A stretch of 35,288 nucleotides of DNA, taken from NCBI GenBank assembly GCA_038203565.1, contig JBBRDV010000009.1:1-35288 (forward strand), in the 5' to 3' direction. Under the pieces are notes generated by a model. The model searched no databases, was not told the origin of the DNA, and was given only the letters and a program-made list of their open reading frames with translations. Within the stretch, counting starts at the first letter, position 1; the number at the start of each line of letters is the position of its first letter. Shown piece by piece: positions 11,028-24,316 of the stretch. A program made the translations under genes and the position numbers. Source of the stretch: Atribacterota bacterium (GTDB lineage Bacteria; Atribacterota; Phoenicimicrobiia; Phoenicimicrobiales; Phoenicimicrobiaceae).

Positions 11028-11945
11028 CTAAGTATATTTAATCCGAGGGTCAATCCAAGCGTAGGTTAAATCTACTAACAAATTTGCCACAATGATAAGA
11101 ACTGCATAAAGTAACATGATACCTAATATCACTGGATAATCGCGGTTAGTAACACTGGTAATAAAATATTTTCCACAACCGGGAATGGCAAAAATTTGCT
11201 CTACAATTAATGAACCGGTAACTAAAGCAGCAAACAAAGGACCAATAACCGTCACTACCGGAATGAGTGCATTTTTCAGAGCATGATGAATGGTTACATT
11301 TTTCTCTGAAACTCCTTTTGACCTTGCTGTCCTGATATAGTCTTCTCTGATTACTTGTAACATGCTAGCCCTGGTTAACCTTGCCAGCAGAGCAGCACTG
11401 CCTATGCCCAGGGTAAAAGCAGGCAAGATAGCCTGCTGCCAGGTCCCCCATCGGGCGACTGGTAATATATTCAGCTTTAAAGCAAAAAACCAGACCAAGA
11501 CAGGCCCCAAAGTCATTGCCGGAACAGAAACTCCAAGTAGTGCGAAAAACATACAAAAATAATCTATATAAGAATTTTGTTTTAAAGCAGAAACCATCCC
11601 CAAAGGAATTCCGACTACCATAGCGATCATCATAGCTAAAACACCTAATTGGGCTGAAACCGGAAAATGTTCGCTTATAATATCATTTACTGTCCTGCTT
11701 CGAGAAGAATAAGAGGGACCAAGATCACCATGAAGCGCATTCCAGAGATAATCGGTATATTGTTTCCATAGAGGGTCATCCAAGCCGTAATAAGCCTCTA
11801 AATTGGCAATAATCTCTTGGGGTAATGTTTTTTCTCTATCAAAAGGCCCTCCGGGGATAGCATGGCCCAAACTAAAAGTTATTAAGGATATTACCAATAA
11901 AACCGGTATTGCCCATAAAATTCTCCTGATAATATAATTGACCAT
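11028..11945 (-). CDS. oppB: Oligopeptide ABC transporter permease OppB
   Basis: YIIRR, PGGPF, GDLGPS, DYIRTARSKG, VEQIFAIPG, RDYPV, DPRI. Confidence 0.95.
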   Translation of the reverse strand: MVNYIIRRILWAIPVLLVISLITFSLGHAIPGGPFDREKTLPQEIIANLEAYYGLDDPLWKQYTDYLWNALHGDLGPSYSSRSRTVNDIISEHFPVSAQLGVLAMMIAMVVGIPLGMVSALKQNSYIDYFCMFFALLGVSVPAMTLGPVLVWFFALKLNILPVARWGTWQQAILPAFTLGIGSAALLARLTRASMLQVIREDYIRTARSKGVSEKNVTIHHALKNALIPVVTVIGPLFAALVTGSLIVEQIFAIPGCGKYFITSVTNRDYPVILGIMLLYAVLIIVANLLVDLTYAWIDPRIKYT

Positions 11946-12061
11946 ATCTTCTCCTTTCCTTTTTTTTCTTTATTAATATAAAAAATAATATTTTTATTAA
12001 TGAAATAATTCCACATGAAAAATTATATCATAAAATAATAAAAAATAATAATAATAACTAA

Positions 12062-12109
12062 AAATAACCGTGCAGTCTTGAGAATTTTAAAAAGACTGCA
12101 CGGTTATTT
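12062..12109 (-). terminator. Intrinsic terminator / mRNA-stabilising hairpin between oppA and oppB
   Basis: Perfect 18-bp inverted repeat AAATAACCGTGCAGTCTT (12062-12079) / AAGACTGCACGGTTATTT (12092-12109), followed by a T-rich tract on the minus strand. Confidence 0.8.
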
Positions 12110-12167
12110 GAAAAAACATTCAAGAAAAATTCAATTGGATACCAATAATAATTCTTTCAGTAATTTT

Positions 12168-13769
12168 TTATTCTACGACTTTCCACTGGTCAAAATGTTC
12201 TCCGCCCAAAGGTGAGAAGGTACGGTGTAGATTGGGTTTGACCATCTGCGATAACATATAGAAGTAAATAGGAGCAATAGCAGCTTCTTCTTCACAGAGG
12301 ATCTGTTCCGAGCGTTTATAAAGCTCATATCTCTTTGCCGGATCAGATTCACGGGCAGCCTGTTCAACTACTCTGTCAAATTCAGCATTACTCCATTTGG
12401 GGTTATTATCACTATCGATAGAATGGAAAACTTCATAGACCCAGTTATTGGCATCAGCATAATCAGCACACCAACCTAAACGATAGATCTGAGGAGCATC
12501 TTCACTTAAAGTCTTAAGATACACTTTCCACTCTTGATTGATTACATTAACTTCTACTCCTAATACTTCTTTCCACATCTGTTGGATAGCCTGGGCAATC
12601 TTGCTATGAGCTTCAGAGGTATTAAACATTAAAGTAACTTCTGGTAATCCTTTTCCTCCGGGGTATCCTGCATCAGCTAAATATTTTTTAGCTGCTTCCG
12701 GGTCATAACCTATGCCTACTCCTTCTGCTGGTGGTATGTGACCAAAGATGCCCGGACAGGTAAAGGTAGTGGCAGGTGTCTGCCCTCCCTTAAGAACAAA
12801 ATCGATCAAGGCTTGTCTATTAATAGCAGCAGAAAATGCTTTACGGACTAAAGGATTATCCATTGGCGGCTTAGTATTGTTAAATCCATAATAATAGGTG
12901 CAAACATCGGGTATATTAACATATTCTTTGCTCAAAACGGGATCAGCTTTTACTCTGTCTATATCTTCTAAGGGACAAGGTGACGCATCTAATTCTCCAG
13001 CTTCATACATAGCCATAGCGGTAGAATCTTCTACAACAATCACACTATGAATTATATCAATATCTACTTTATCCGCATCATAGAATTTAGGATTCTTTGC
13101 CATCACTATTTCATCTTCATGTTTCCATTCTTTCAAAAGATAGGGACCATTGGTTATGATGTTTCCTGCTTCGGTCCATTTGTCACCATATTTTTCGATA
13201 GCCCATTTAGGGACAGGTCTGGCTACCCACATCCCGGCAATACTCGGGAAATAACCAGCGGGATGATTCAGGGCAAATTGAACTGTATAATCATCTACCG
13301 CCCTTACACCAATATAACTTAGATCAGTGATTTCACCGGTATTTACCTCTTTGGCTCCTTTAATGATATAAAGCACATAAGCATAATCAGAGGCAGTGGC
13401 AGGATCACAAGTTCTTCTAACTGCATATTCTATATCATGAGCAGTAACCGGTTTTCCATCACTCCATAGGACATCTTTTCTCATATGAAAAGCCCAGACC
13501 AAACCATCCTCTGAAACTTCCCAGGAAGTTGCCAATTCTGGCATAACCGTTGTTTTACTTGTCTTTATATCAAAAGCCAGATCAGTTAAGCCCAGAAAAA
13601 GATTTTCCACCATATCGATGGAAATACTATCAGTAGCTAAGCAAGGGTCTAAAGATGGGGGTTCAGAGCCAATCTGCCAAGATATCTCTTTTTGGGCTCC
13701 GAAAGCTGTAAAACTCATTCCAATGATCAAGATCAAAGATAAGGTTAAAATTAAAATACTTCTTTTCAT
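12168..13769 (-). CDS. oppA: Peptide ABC transporter substrate-binding protein (SBP family 5, OppA)
   Basis: Signal peptide, EPPSLDP, PELATSWEVSEDG, WSDGKPVTAHD, NGPYLLKEW, VRKAFSAAINR, GWCADY. Confidence 0.94.
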   Translation of the reverse strand: MKRSILILTLSLILIIGMSFTAFGAQKEISWQIGSEPPSLDPCLATDSISIDMVENLFLGLTDLAFDIKTSKTTVMPELATSWEVSEDGLVWAFHMRKDVLWSDGKPVTAHDIEYAVRRTCDPATASDYAYVLYIIKGAKEVNTGEITDLSYIGVRAVDDYTVQFALNHPAGYFPSIAGMWVARPVPKWAIEKYGDKWTEAGNIITNGPYLLKEWKHEDEIVMAKNPKFYDADKVDIDIIHSVIVVEDSTAMAMYEAGELDASPCPLEDIDRVKADPVLSKEYVNIPDVCTYYYGFNNTKPPMDNPLVRKAFSAAINRQALIDFVLKGGQTPATTFTCPGIFGHIPPAEGVGIGYDPEAAKKYLADAGYPGGKGLPEVTLMFNTSEAHSKIAQAIQQMWKEVLGVEVNVINQEWKVYLKTLSEDAPQIYRLGWCADYADANNWVYEVFHSIDSDNNPKWSNAEFDRVVEQAARESDPAKRYELYKRSEQILCEEEAAIAPIYFYMLSQMVKPNLHRTFSPLGGEHFDQWKVVE

Positions 13770-14007
13770 TATTATTTTTTCCTCCTTTATTTTTTTACTT
13801 ACTTAATAGAAAAAGTTTTCAAATATTTATATTTCTTTTTTACACCTCCCCTTTTAATTTAATTTGCCTTCTCGCTTTTTTCGTTGTTGAGCAATCATAT
13901 CAATTAATCTTTACAGAATAATTTTTATCACCTAAAAAGGTAAATTATCCTTTAATATATATACTACATCTTACTCTCAAAGTCCTTCTTTTTTAAAAAT
14001 ATTTCTC

Positions 14008-14223
14008 TTATCCTCTCCCTCTTACTCCGCCTAAAAATTTATCCTTCTTTAATTTTGGATTAAATCCCTTCTTTTGCATTACCCCTTTAATATAATCCAT
14101 ATATTCTTTTCTTTGCTCAATCATCTTTATCTTCTCTCGTTTATGCCATTCTTCCTTTTTCTTCTTCTCTATTTCATGTTTATCTTCTTTCTCTTTAACC
14201 GTATCAACATCTTTATCCTTCAT
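14008..14223 (-). CDS. Small K/E-rich hypothetical protein
   Basis: 71 aa, strong SD AGAGGTGA upstream of ATG, co-oriented just after ftsH. Confidence 0.6.
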   Translation of the reverse strand: MKDKDVDTVKEKEDKHEIEKKKKEEWHKREKIKMIEQRKEYMDYIKGVMQKKGFNPKLKKDKFLGGVRGRG

Positions 14224-14294
14224 TTTATTTCACCTCTCTATTTAGTCGTTAGTGAATAACTATCCACTAAAATACTAACAACTAATTACTATTT

Positions 14295-16172
14295 TTATAC
14301 TAATAAAAAGTTTGCTTTAAACTTGGTTAGATTAGCCAACTTTGCACCATTTAATAAATCATCCAATTCTTTTCCTTCTAAAGTTTCTCTTTTAATTAGA
14401 TTACGAGCAATCTTTTTCAATTTGCTTTTATTTTTAGTTAAAATATCTTTGGCTTTAGAATAAGCACTTTCAATAATTTCTCTAACTTCTTTGTCTATTT
14501 TATTGGCAATCTCCTCACTATAATCACGTTGTTCGGAAATATCTCTGCCTAAAAATATTTCATGTTCTTTTCTTCCTAAAGTAACCGGTCCTAAAACTTC
14601 ACTCATACCGTACTCAGTTATCATTTGGCGAGCAATTTTGGTAGCTCTTTCCAGATCATTCTGTGCACCGGTAGTGACATCTTTAAATATTATATCTTCA
14701 GCCACTCTCCCTCCCAATAAAACTGCTAATCTATCCATTAATTCTAACTTACTAATTAGGTATCTATCCTGGGTAGGAAGCTGTAAGGTATAACCTAAAG
14801 TAGCATTGCCTCGAGGGATAATGGAAACCTTATGCACTGGATCACAATTAGGTAACATTTTAGCCACAATAGCATGTCCTGACTCATGATAAGCAATTAT
14901 CTCTTTCTCTTTATCGCTAATTAACCTACTCTTTCTTTCTGGTCCGGCAATAACCCGATCTATAGCAGCTTCGAATTCTTCCATTCCGATTTCATTCTTA
15001 CCCTCTCTGGAGGCCAATAGGGCAGCTTCATTTACCATATTGGCTAAATCAGAACCCACAAAACCGGGAGTCCTTCTGGCTAAAACCTTAATATCCACAT
15101 CTTTTGCTAAGGGTTTACCTCGGGCATGGATTTTTAAAATTCCTTCCCGTCCTACTATATCAGGCCTATCTATAACAATCCGCCGATCAAATCTTCCCGG
15201 CCGCAGTAGTGCAGGATCTAAGATATCCGGACGGTTAGTGGCAGCGACCATTATTACACCTACATTTTGATCGAAACCATCCATTTCTACCAATAGTTGG
15301 TTTAAGGTCTGCTCTCTCTCATCATGCCCTCCTCCTAAACCAGCTCCTCGATGTCTTCCTACCGCATCGATTTCATCCATAAAAATAATACAGGGGGCAT
15401 TGGCTTTGGCTTGTTTGAATAAATCTCTTACTCGAGAAGCACCAACTCCTACAAACATCTCCACAAAATCAGATCCACTAATACTAAAAAAAGGTACTCC
15501 TGCTTCACCGGCAATAGCTCGAGCTAGTAAGGTTTTACCTACCCCTGGTGGTCCATAAAGTAAAATTCCTCTAGGTATTTTTGCACCCAATTTCTTAAAT
15601 TTAGCAGGATTTTTTAAAAAGTCAATTACTTCTTGAACTTCCTCTGCTGCTTCATCAATTCCAGCCACATCTTTAAAAGTAATTTTTGGAGTCTCTTTCC
15701 CTAAAAGCTTGGCCTTGCTTTTTCCAAAGGACATAACCTTATTCCCTCCACCTTGCATCTGTTGTATCATAAATAACCAAATTCCAATGATTAAAACCAT
15801 GGGCAATAAAGATGAAAGTAACTGCATCCACCAGGATACTTTTACCGGAGGTTTAGCTTCTATTACTATATTTTTACTTCGAAGGGTGTTTATCATCTCT
15901 GGGTCATCAGGTGAATAAGTAGAGAATTCCGTGCCATCCATAAGTATACCAGTAATTGAATTATCAACAATGGTAACTTTAGTTACATTCTTTATTTCAA
16001 CTTCCTTTAAAAATTCAGAATAGGTAAGTTCTTTTTGAGTAGCAGATTTGGGCTCAAAAAATGAACTTATAATTGAAACTGTAATAATTAACATCAGCAA
16101 ATATAGACCGATGTTTCGGTAATTTTTATTTCCTTTTAAGTCTTTTTTATTAAAATTAGGTATTTTAGCCAA
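14295..16172 (-). CDS. ftsH: ATP-dependent zinc metalloprotease FtsH
   Basis: Two TM helices, [54 protein letters not shown] zinc motif; TTG start. Confidence 0.99.
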   Translation of the reverse strand: MAKIPNFNKKDLKGNKNYRNIGLYLLMLIITVSIISSFFEPKSATQKELTYSEFLKEVEIKNVTKVTIVDNSITGILMDGTEFSTYSPDDPEMINTLRSKNIVIEAKPPVKVSWWMQLLSSLLPMVLIIGIWLFMIQQMQGGGNKVMSFGKSKAKLLGKETPKITFKDVAGIDEAAEEVQEVIDFLKNPAKFKKLGAKIPRGILLYGPPGVGKTLLARAIAGEAGVPFFSISGSDFVEMFVGVGASRVRDLFKQAKANAPCIIFMDEIDAVGRHRGAGLGGGHDEREQTLNQLLVEMDGFDQNVGVIMVAATNRPDILDPALLRPGRFDRRIVIDRPDIVGREGILKIHARGKPLAKDVDIKVLARRTPGFVGSDLANMVNEAALLASREGKNEIGMEEFEAAIDRVIAGPERKSRLISDKEKEIIAYHESGHAIVAKMLPNCDPVHKVSIIPRGNATLGYTLQLPTQDRYLISKLELMDRLAVLLGGRVAEDIIFKDVTTGAQNDLERATKIARQMITEYGMSEVLGPVTLGRKEHEIFLGRDISEQRDYSEEIANKIDKEVREIIESAYSKAKDILTKNKSKLKKIARNLIKRETLEGKELDDLLNGAKLANLTKFKANFLLV

Positions 16173-16319
16173 GAAATATTTCTCCTTTTTTCACAAATTT
16201 CTTATAATAACTTTATTTTATACGCTTATTGTAAAATAATTTTAGCATATTTCCTATATAAAAACAAACATATAAATCGTATCTCGTGAATCGTATCTCG
16301 CATTTAGTTATCTGGTTAA

Positions 16320-16360
16320 ATTAGTCGTTAGTGAATAGTGAATATTCACTAACGACTAAT
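16320..16360. repeat. 18-bp perfect inverted repeat built from heptamers, just after the hpt stop
   Basis: ATTAGTCGTTAGTGAATA (16320-16337) / TATTCACTAACGACTAAT (16343-16360). The same TTAGTCGTTAGT unit occurs at 772 and 14242. Confidence 0.75.
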
Positions 16361-16362
16361 AC

Positions 16363-16917
16363 TTACTTCAACTCTCCCTTGTATATTTCGGGATTAAGGG
16401 TAAAAACATAAGGAACATTTCTAAACTTTCCTGCATAATCCAAACCATAACCAACTACAAATTTATTAGAAATATCGAATCCCAAATAATCAACTCTAAC
16501 CTTAACTTTCCTTCTGGTACTTTTGTTTAAAAATGTGCAGACTTTTAAGCTGGAGGGTTTACGTGATTTTAATATCCGAAGCAGATAATCCAAAGTTAAT
16601 CCGGTATCTACTATATCTTCAACTACTAAGACATCTTTACCCACAATGTTTTCATCCAGATCCTTTAAAATCCTTACTACTCCCGAAGACTCTGTGGCTG
16701 CTCCGTAACTGGAAATAGCCATAAAATCGAATATCATAGGAATTGAAATTGCTCGAGCTAAATCTGCCATAAATATTACAGCTCCCCTTAATACACCTAC
16801 AAAAACCAAGTCTTTACCTTGATAGTCCTGGGTTATTTTTTTACCTAGCTCGAAAACTTTTTCTCTAATTTCTTCTTCTGTAATTAAAATTTCATCAATT
16901 TCGTTATTTTTTAGCAT
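16363..16917 (-). CDS. hpt: Hypoxanthine phosphoribosyltransferase
   Basis: VLRGA, VVEDIVDTGLT PRPP motif, FVVGYGLDY; conserved tilS-hpt-ftsH order. Confidence 0.98.
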   Translation of the reverse strand: MLKNNEIDEILITEEEIREKVFELGKKITQDYQGKDLVFVGVLRGAVIFMADLARAISIPMIFDFMAISSYGAATESSGVVRILKDLDENIVGKDVLVVEDIVDTGLTLDYLLRILKSRKPSSLKVCTFLNKSTRRKVKVRVDYLGFDISNKFVVGYGLDYAGKFRNVPYVFTLNPEIYKGELK

Positions 16918-16940
16918 TTTTTCTCCTTCCTTGTTAAAAA

Positions 16941-18395
16941 TTAAAAATATTCCTGCAAAAAAGTATTCTTTATTTTTGTCTTTACGCGGAGCACTTTTTT
17001 AGTATCAGAGTTAATTTTTACCCGGTCATCCAGTCTCATTCCCATAACCCATATTATTTGATCTTCACTATCAACCAAGATAGGAATTAAATCTCGATAA
17101 CCTTTAGGAATTTTATTATCAATAAAAAAATCTTTAATTTTTTTTAAGCCCTCCATCTTTAAGGGATAAAATCTATCTCCGCTCCGTCTATTTCTTAATT
17201 TGAGAGGGAGTTTAACTTTATTGTAATCAATAAATTCCAAAAATTCCTCTTTAGACTTTTTTCTTTTAAAATATAAAGAAGGTTTTATCTCGTCAGAATC
17301 TAATATTTTTATTTCAACCTTTATACCCAAAGATTTAATCTCTGTTTTCCCTGGAATTAATATATCATATTCCCAAGGGGTAGGTATCTGCTCTATTTGA
17401 TCTTTAGAAATCCTCTTTTTGTAAATCATTATTTTGTTATAAATCTTCTTGGCCATTAAATTATCAGGGAGATAAATATCTTTTTCACCCAGCTGGTGTT
17501 CAGTAAGTTTTAATATTTCATTACTATGTCTAAAACTTATAGAATAAAGATTTCCCTTTACAACTTCAATAGATTTTCTAATTATCCTCCTCTTTAAAGC
17601 CAGGGGGAGAGAGGTAAATTTTTTTAAATCAATAATTACCATCTCGGGACTTTCTCGTCTTACAACTTCTTTAAAAAATAATTCTGTTTCTTGGTTTAGA
17701 TATGCCGAAACTTCACTGATTATGCTCCTAAGGCGAAGCATAATATCTTTTATATTTTTATTATAACTTTTAGAAAGCAAAGGTAAAAGCTCTAATCTAA
17801 TTTTATTTCTAAAATATACAACTTCTTTATTGCTCGAATCTACCCTATACTCTATTTTATTTTCTTTACAGTATTCTTCAATCTCTGTTCTGCTGCACTC
17901 TATTAAAGGTCTGATTATTTTGCCTCGCACCGGAGGAATTCCCATCAAACCCTCTAATCCACTACCTCTTAAAAATCTCATCAAAACAGTTTCTACCTGA
18001 TCATCAGCGTTATGGCCCAGAGCAATCTTGTTTGTTTTAAACTTTCTGGCAGCTTCTAAAAAAAATTTATATCTATACTTACGACCAGCTTCTTCCAGAG
18101 TTAAATGCTCTTTCCGAGTAATTTTTGTTAAATTACAGCTTCTAATTTCGCAAGGTAAATCTAATTCTTGAGCTAAATTCTTAACAAAACTTACATCTTC
18201 ATCTGATTCTTTTCCTCTAAGCATATGATCAAGGTGGACAATAAAAAATGATAGGTTATATCTTTTTTTAAAAGATAATAAAATATTTAGAAGGGTTACC
18301 GAGTCAGGACCTCCTGATATCCCAATCAGGATTCTGTCATTGAAAGAGAGCATATCAAACTTCTTTACAGTTTGTAGAACCTTCTCTTCTAACAT
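16941..18395 (-). CDS. tilS: tRNA(Ile)-lysidine synthetase
   Basis: SGGPDS PP-loop, HLDHMLR, R..RY, GHNADDQVET, RGSGLEGL, DSSN...RNKIR, C-terminal GDRF domain. Confidence 0.97.
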   Translation of the reverse strand: MLEEKVLQTVKKFDMLSFNDRILIGISGGPDSVTLLNILLSFKKRYNLSFFIVHLDHMLRGKESDEDVSFVKNLAQELDLPCEIRSCNLTKITRKEHLTLEEAGRKYRYKFFLEAARKFKTNKIALGHNADDQVETVLMRFLRGSGLEGLMGIPPVRGKIIRPLIECSRTEIEEYCKENKIEYRVDSSNKEVVYFRNKIRLELLPLLSKSYNKNIKDIMLRLRSIISEVSAYLNQETELFFKEVVRRESPEMVIIDLKKFTSLPLALKRRIIRKSIEVVKGNLYSISFRHSNEILKLTEHQLGEKDIYLPDNLMAKKIYNKIMIYKKRISKDQIEQIPTPWEYDILIPGKTEIKSLGIKVEIKILDSDEIKPSLYFKRKKSKEEFLEFIDYNKVKLPLKLRNRRSGDRFYPLKMEGLKKIKDFFIDNKIPKGYRDLIPILVDSEDQIIWVMGMRLDDRVKINSDTKKVLRVKTKIKNTFLQEYF

Positions 18396-18412
18396 TTTTT
18401 GTCCTTTTGTAA

Positions 18413-18442
18413 TAAAGGCCTTTCTATTTAGAAAGGCCTTTA
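18413..18442 (-). terminator. Hairpin terminator downstream of the tRNA cluster
   Basis: TAAAGGCCTTTCTA / TAGAAAGGCCTTTA inverted repeat. Confidence 0.7.
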
Positions 18443-18461
18443 ATTTTTTAATAAATATTTT

Positions 18462-18538
18462 TGGTGGCGGTGCTGAGATTCGAACTCAGGACACTGCGGG
18501 TATGAACCGCATGCTCTAGCCATCTGAGCTACACCGCC
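18462..18538 (-). tRNA. tRNA-Met(CAT), elongator type
   Basis: GGCGGTGTAGCTCAGATGGCTAGAGCATGCGGTT-CAT-ACCCGCAG...CACCGCCA-CCA; acceptor stem and UUCAUAC loop match Firmicutes-type elongator tRNA-Met. Confidence 0.93.
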
Positions 18539-18587
18539 TAAATTAACAAAAAACCCCTATCATTTTGAATAAGAGGTTTTAAAAAAA

Positions 18588-18664
<77 letters not shown>

Positions 18665-18710
18665 CCGTATTTTAATATCTGTAAAATATTTAATTTAATT
18701 TTATCGAATA

Positions 18711-18739
18711 AGTTTAACACTGTTTTTTAATTAAGTCAA
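18711..18739 (-). promoter_or_regulatory. Sigma-70-type promoter for tRNA-fMet
   Basis: TTGACT (18739-18734), 17 bp, TAAACT (18716-18711) with extended -10 TG. Confidence 0.65.
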
Positions 18740-18743
18740 TTTA

Positions 18744-18832
18744 TGGTGCCGGAGGCCGGAATCGAACCGGCACGAACCTTACAGCTCGCAGGATTTTAAG
18801 TCCTGTGCGTCTACCTATTCCGCCACTCCGGC
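18744..18832 (-). tRNA. tRNA-Leu(TAA)
   Basis: GCCGGAGTGGCGGAATAGGTAGACGCACAGGACT-TAA-AATCCTG, long variable arm, GTTCGATTCC, CCA end; 89 nt. Confidence 0.96.
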
Positions 18833-18844
18833 AGACTGAAATCC

Positions 18845-18873
18845 ATTATATGATAAATCTTTTAAATCGTCAA
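18845..18873 (-). promoter_or_regulatory. Sigma-70-type promoter for tRNA-Leu
   Basis: TTGACG (18873-18868), 17 bp, TATAAT (18850-18845). Confidence 0.8.
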
Positions 18874-19073
18874 TAGCATTATGTACAATACTTATAAAAT
18901 ACTAATTTAAAAATAATTGTAACTATTTAAGATAATCGAAAGCTGTATTTATTTCGTTGGTCGTGTCTGGTTAGAGAAAAAAGTATAAGATATCTAAATC
19001 TTTATCATATTTCAATCTCATTAGTTATTTAATTATTTACTGTATACGATTCACGAGATACGAGATACGAATT

Positions 19074-19361
19074 TTATTTTTCAATGCCTTTAATTAATAT
19101 TTCATCAGGTTTAGTAAGACCTAATTTCTCTCGAGCAATTTTTTCTACAGATTTATCAGATTTTAATGATTCCACCTCTTCTGATAAATTATTATTTTTC
19201 ATTTTTAATTCTTCTATCTCTGATTCAAATCTTTTAATATCTTCTTTTAATTGCAATGCCCGGGCATATTTATCCGAAAATAAAAAAACTATATACAATA
19301 TTAAAAGTAAAATTATAGCTAAAACTATTTTAGAATGAAATATTGACCTAATTGATATCAT
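19074..19361 (-). CDS. Septum formation initiator (FtsB/DivIC family)
   Basis: One TM, coiled coil, EKIAREKLGLTKPDE motif; follows eno as in eno-ftsB. Confidence 0.88.
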   Translation of the reverse strand: MISIRSIFHSKIVLAIILLLILYIVFLFSDKYARALQLKEDIKRFESEIEELKMKNNNLSEEVESLKSDKSVEKIAREKLGLTKPDEILIKGIEK

Positions 19362-19362
19362 T

Positions 19363-22090
<2,728 letters not shown>

Positions 22091-22219
22091 TTTTCCAAAC
22101 CCTTTTTCACTCATTGTTGTGGGATAAATAAAATTTTTGCTTCGCATTCTTGATTTTTTTCTTTCTTCTTAACGATATTCTACATACTATATACTAAATA
22201 CTAATTTGAATTTCATTTC

Positions 22220-22486
22220 TTAATTTTCTTCTTTTTTAATTTCCTTTAAAACCTCATACAAAGAAACAGCTTGTTTTACCAGAATATTTTTTAAAGGGAC
22301 TTCCAATACTTTTACCAGTAAAATTTTATTCGACAAGTTAATTTCAATTTCGTCAGCAATTTTAACTTCATCCCCTGCTTTGGCAATTTGATCATTAATC
22401 CTAATACATTTAGCCAGACAAGCTTTTTTTGCTTCTGTTCTTCTCTTTATTAATCTGCTTACTTTTAAAAATTTATCTAATCTCAT
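22220..22486 (-). CDS. S4-domain RNA-binding protein (YabO/RqcP/Hsp15-like)
   Basis: MRLDKFLKVSRLIKRRTEAKKAC signature. Confidence 0.92.
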   Translation of the reverse strand: MRLDKFLKVSRLIKRRTEAKKACLAKCIRINDQIAKAGDEVKIADEIEINLSNKILLVKVLEVPLKNILVKQAVSLYEVLKEIKKEEN

Positions 22487-22574
22487 TTGTTATCTCGCTT
22501 TCACTTACTACCCGCACCCAAACGTTAAACGCTATTCTTCACTATATACTATATACCATATACTGAATACTAAT

Positions 22575-24065
22575 TTACTCTTTTGATTTTAATTGCGGAA
22601 AGAGGATAACTTCTTTAATTGAATCAGAGTTAGTAAGCAACATCATTAGCCTATCAATGCCTATACCTAAACCGCCTGCAGGAGGCATACCATATTCTAA
22701 AGCTTCGACATAATCTTTATCCATAAAGTGACTTTCCATGTCTCCTGCTTCTTTCTTGGCAGCCTGTTCTTCGAACCGACGTTCCTGTTCTGCCGGGTCG
22801 TTCAATTCGGTAAAGGCGTTGACTAGTTCCATTGAACTGATAAACAGCTCAAAGCGCTCTACTAATCCCGGGTTATCTTTGTTCTGTTTGGACAAAGGTG
22901 AAAGTTCGAGGGGATAGTCAATAACAAAAGTTGGTTGAATTAAGCTTGGCTCTACAAATTTTTCGAAAAGCTCATTAATAATTTCACCTCTATTTATATT
23001 GCCTTTTATATCTAAGTTATATTCCTTTACAATTTTATTAAAATCTTTTTGAGAAATCTTATCCACCCGAATTCCAACTGCTTCTTCTATTGCCTTATAC
23101 ATGCTTATTCTTTTCCAGGGAGGAGTAAAATCAATTTTATTTCCCTGATACTCAATTTCCAAATTACCTAAAACATTCTTTAGTACATATAATATCAATT
23201 CTTCGGTAATTTGCATCATGCTATGGTAATCACCATATGCTTCATATAACTCCAACATAGTAAATTCAGGATTATGTTTAGTAGAAATACCTTCGTTTCT
23301 AAAATTACGGCTTAACTCATATACCTTTTCAAGCCCTCCAACCAATAAGCGTTTTAAATATAGTTCTGGGGCAATCCTTAAGTAAAAATCTCTATGAAGA
23401 GCATTATGGTGAGTGATAAAGGGACGAGCTGTAGCCCCACCGGGAATAGGCTGCATGATGGGAGTTTCAACTTCTAAAAAGCCTCTATTATCTAAAAAAT
23501 TTCTTATGGATTGTACTACCTTGCTCCTTTTAATAAAAATTTCTCTGACTGAAGGATTCACTATCAGATCTAAATATCTTTTTCTATATCTTATCTCCAC
23601 ATCTTTTAGTCCGTGCCATTTTTCGGGTAAACTGCGTATAGACTTGCATAGAAGAACAAATTCTTCTACAAATACAGTAATTTCACCCGTTCTAGTTTTA
23701 AAAATCAGACCTGAGACTCCCAAAATATCCCCAATACCAATTTTACTAAAAAGTTTAAAAGCATCCTCTCCAACTTTATTTGATTTTATATAAATTTGGA
23801 CTCTTCCACTTATATCTTCAATATTAGCAAATACGGCCTTTCCATGTGTCCTTAAAGCCATTAACCTGCCGGCTATGCTCACTTTTTCTTTGCCGCATTC
23901 ACCAACCTGTAAATCTTTATTTTTTTCTATCAAGTCTTTTATTTTATAAGTCCTATTAAAACTATGCCCAAAAGGATCAATGCCTTCTCTTTTTAATTCT
24001 TCTATTTCTTCCCGTTTATTAGATATAATTTCTGTTGTACTTTTTTTTATTTCCACCCGATCCAC
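22575..24065 (-). CDS. lysS: Lysine--tRNA ligase (class II)
   Basis: LPEKWHGLKD, GGATARPF, LRIAPELYLK, FRNEG, HNPEFT, GIGIDRL; GTG start. Confidence 0.99.
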   Translation of the reverse strand: MDRVEIKKSTTEIISNKREEIEELKREGIDPFGHSFNRTYKIKDLIEKNKDLQVGECGKEKVSIAGRLMALRTHGKAVFANIEDISGRVQIYIKSNKVGEDAFKLFSKIGIGDILGVSGLIFKTRTGEITVFVEEFVLLCKSIRSLPEKWHGLKDVEIRYRKRYLDLIVNPSVREIFIKRSKVVQSIRNFLDNRGFLEVETPIMQPIPGGATARPFITHHNALHRDFYLRIAPELYLKRLLVGGLEKVYELSRNFRNEGISTKHNPEFTMLELYEAYGDYHSMMQITEELILYVLKNVLGNLEIEYQGNKIDFTPPWKRISMYKAIEEAVGIRVDKISQKDFNKIVKEYNLDIKGNINRGEIINELFEKFVEPSLIQPTFVIDYPLELSPLSKQNKDNPGLVERFELFISSMELVNAFTELNDPAEQERRFEEQAAKKEAGDMESHFMDKDYVEALEYGMPPAGGLGIGIDRLMMLLTNSDSIKEVILFPQLKSKE

Positions 24066-24219
24066 CTCTTTTTACTCTTATTGCTAGATATTTTGTATGA
24101 AAAATATCATAATATAATACCAAAATTAATAGGATTTTTCTGTCTGATAAATCTGCTGGGGCAATTTAAATTTCGATTATATTTATGATTAGCTTATTTT
24201 GCTAAAAGGTTTAGAAATA

Positions 24220-24275
24220 AATAATGAACAAAGTATCGTTATATTTTAATTTTTTTAATAACTTTGTTCATTATT
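24220..24275 (-). terminator. Inverted repeat after greA, probable terminator
   Basis: AATAATGAACAAAGT (24220-24234) / ACTTTGTTCATTATT (24261-24275); long 26-nt loop. Confidence 0.55.
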
Positions 24276-24316
24276 ACAATTAATAAATATTTAGGTTGCT
24301 AAATTAATGCATACCG

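Noticed and set aside
18462..18538. CAT-anticodon tRNA next to tilS as its substrate tRNA-Ile2
   Set aside because: The acceptor stem GGCGGTG and UUCAUAC loop match elongator tRNA-Met rather than Ile2.
24066..24316. T-box riboswitch upstream of lysS (or argS)
   Set aside because: No GGTGGnACC T-box consensus is visible, and the argS leader is too short.
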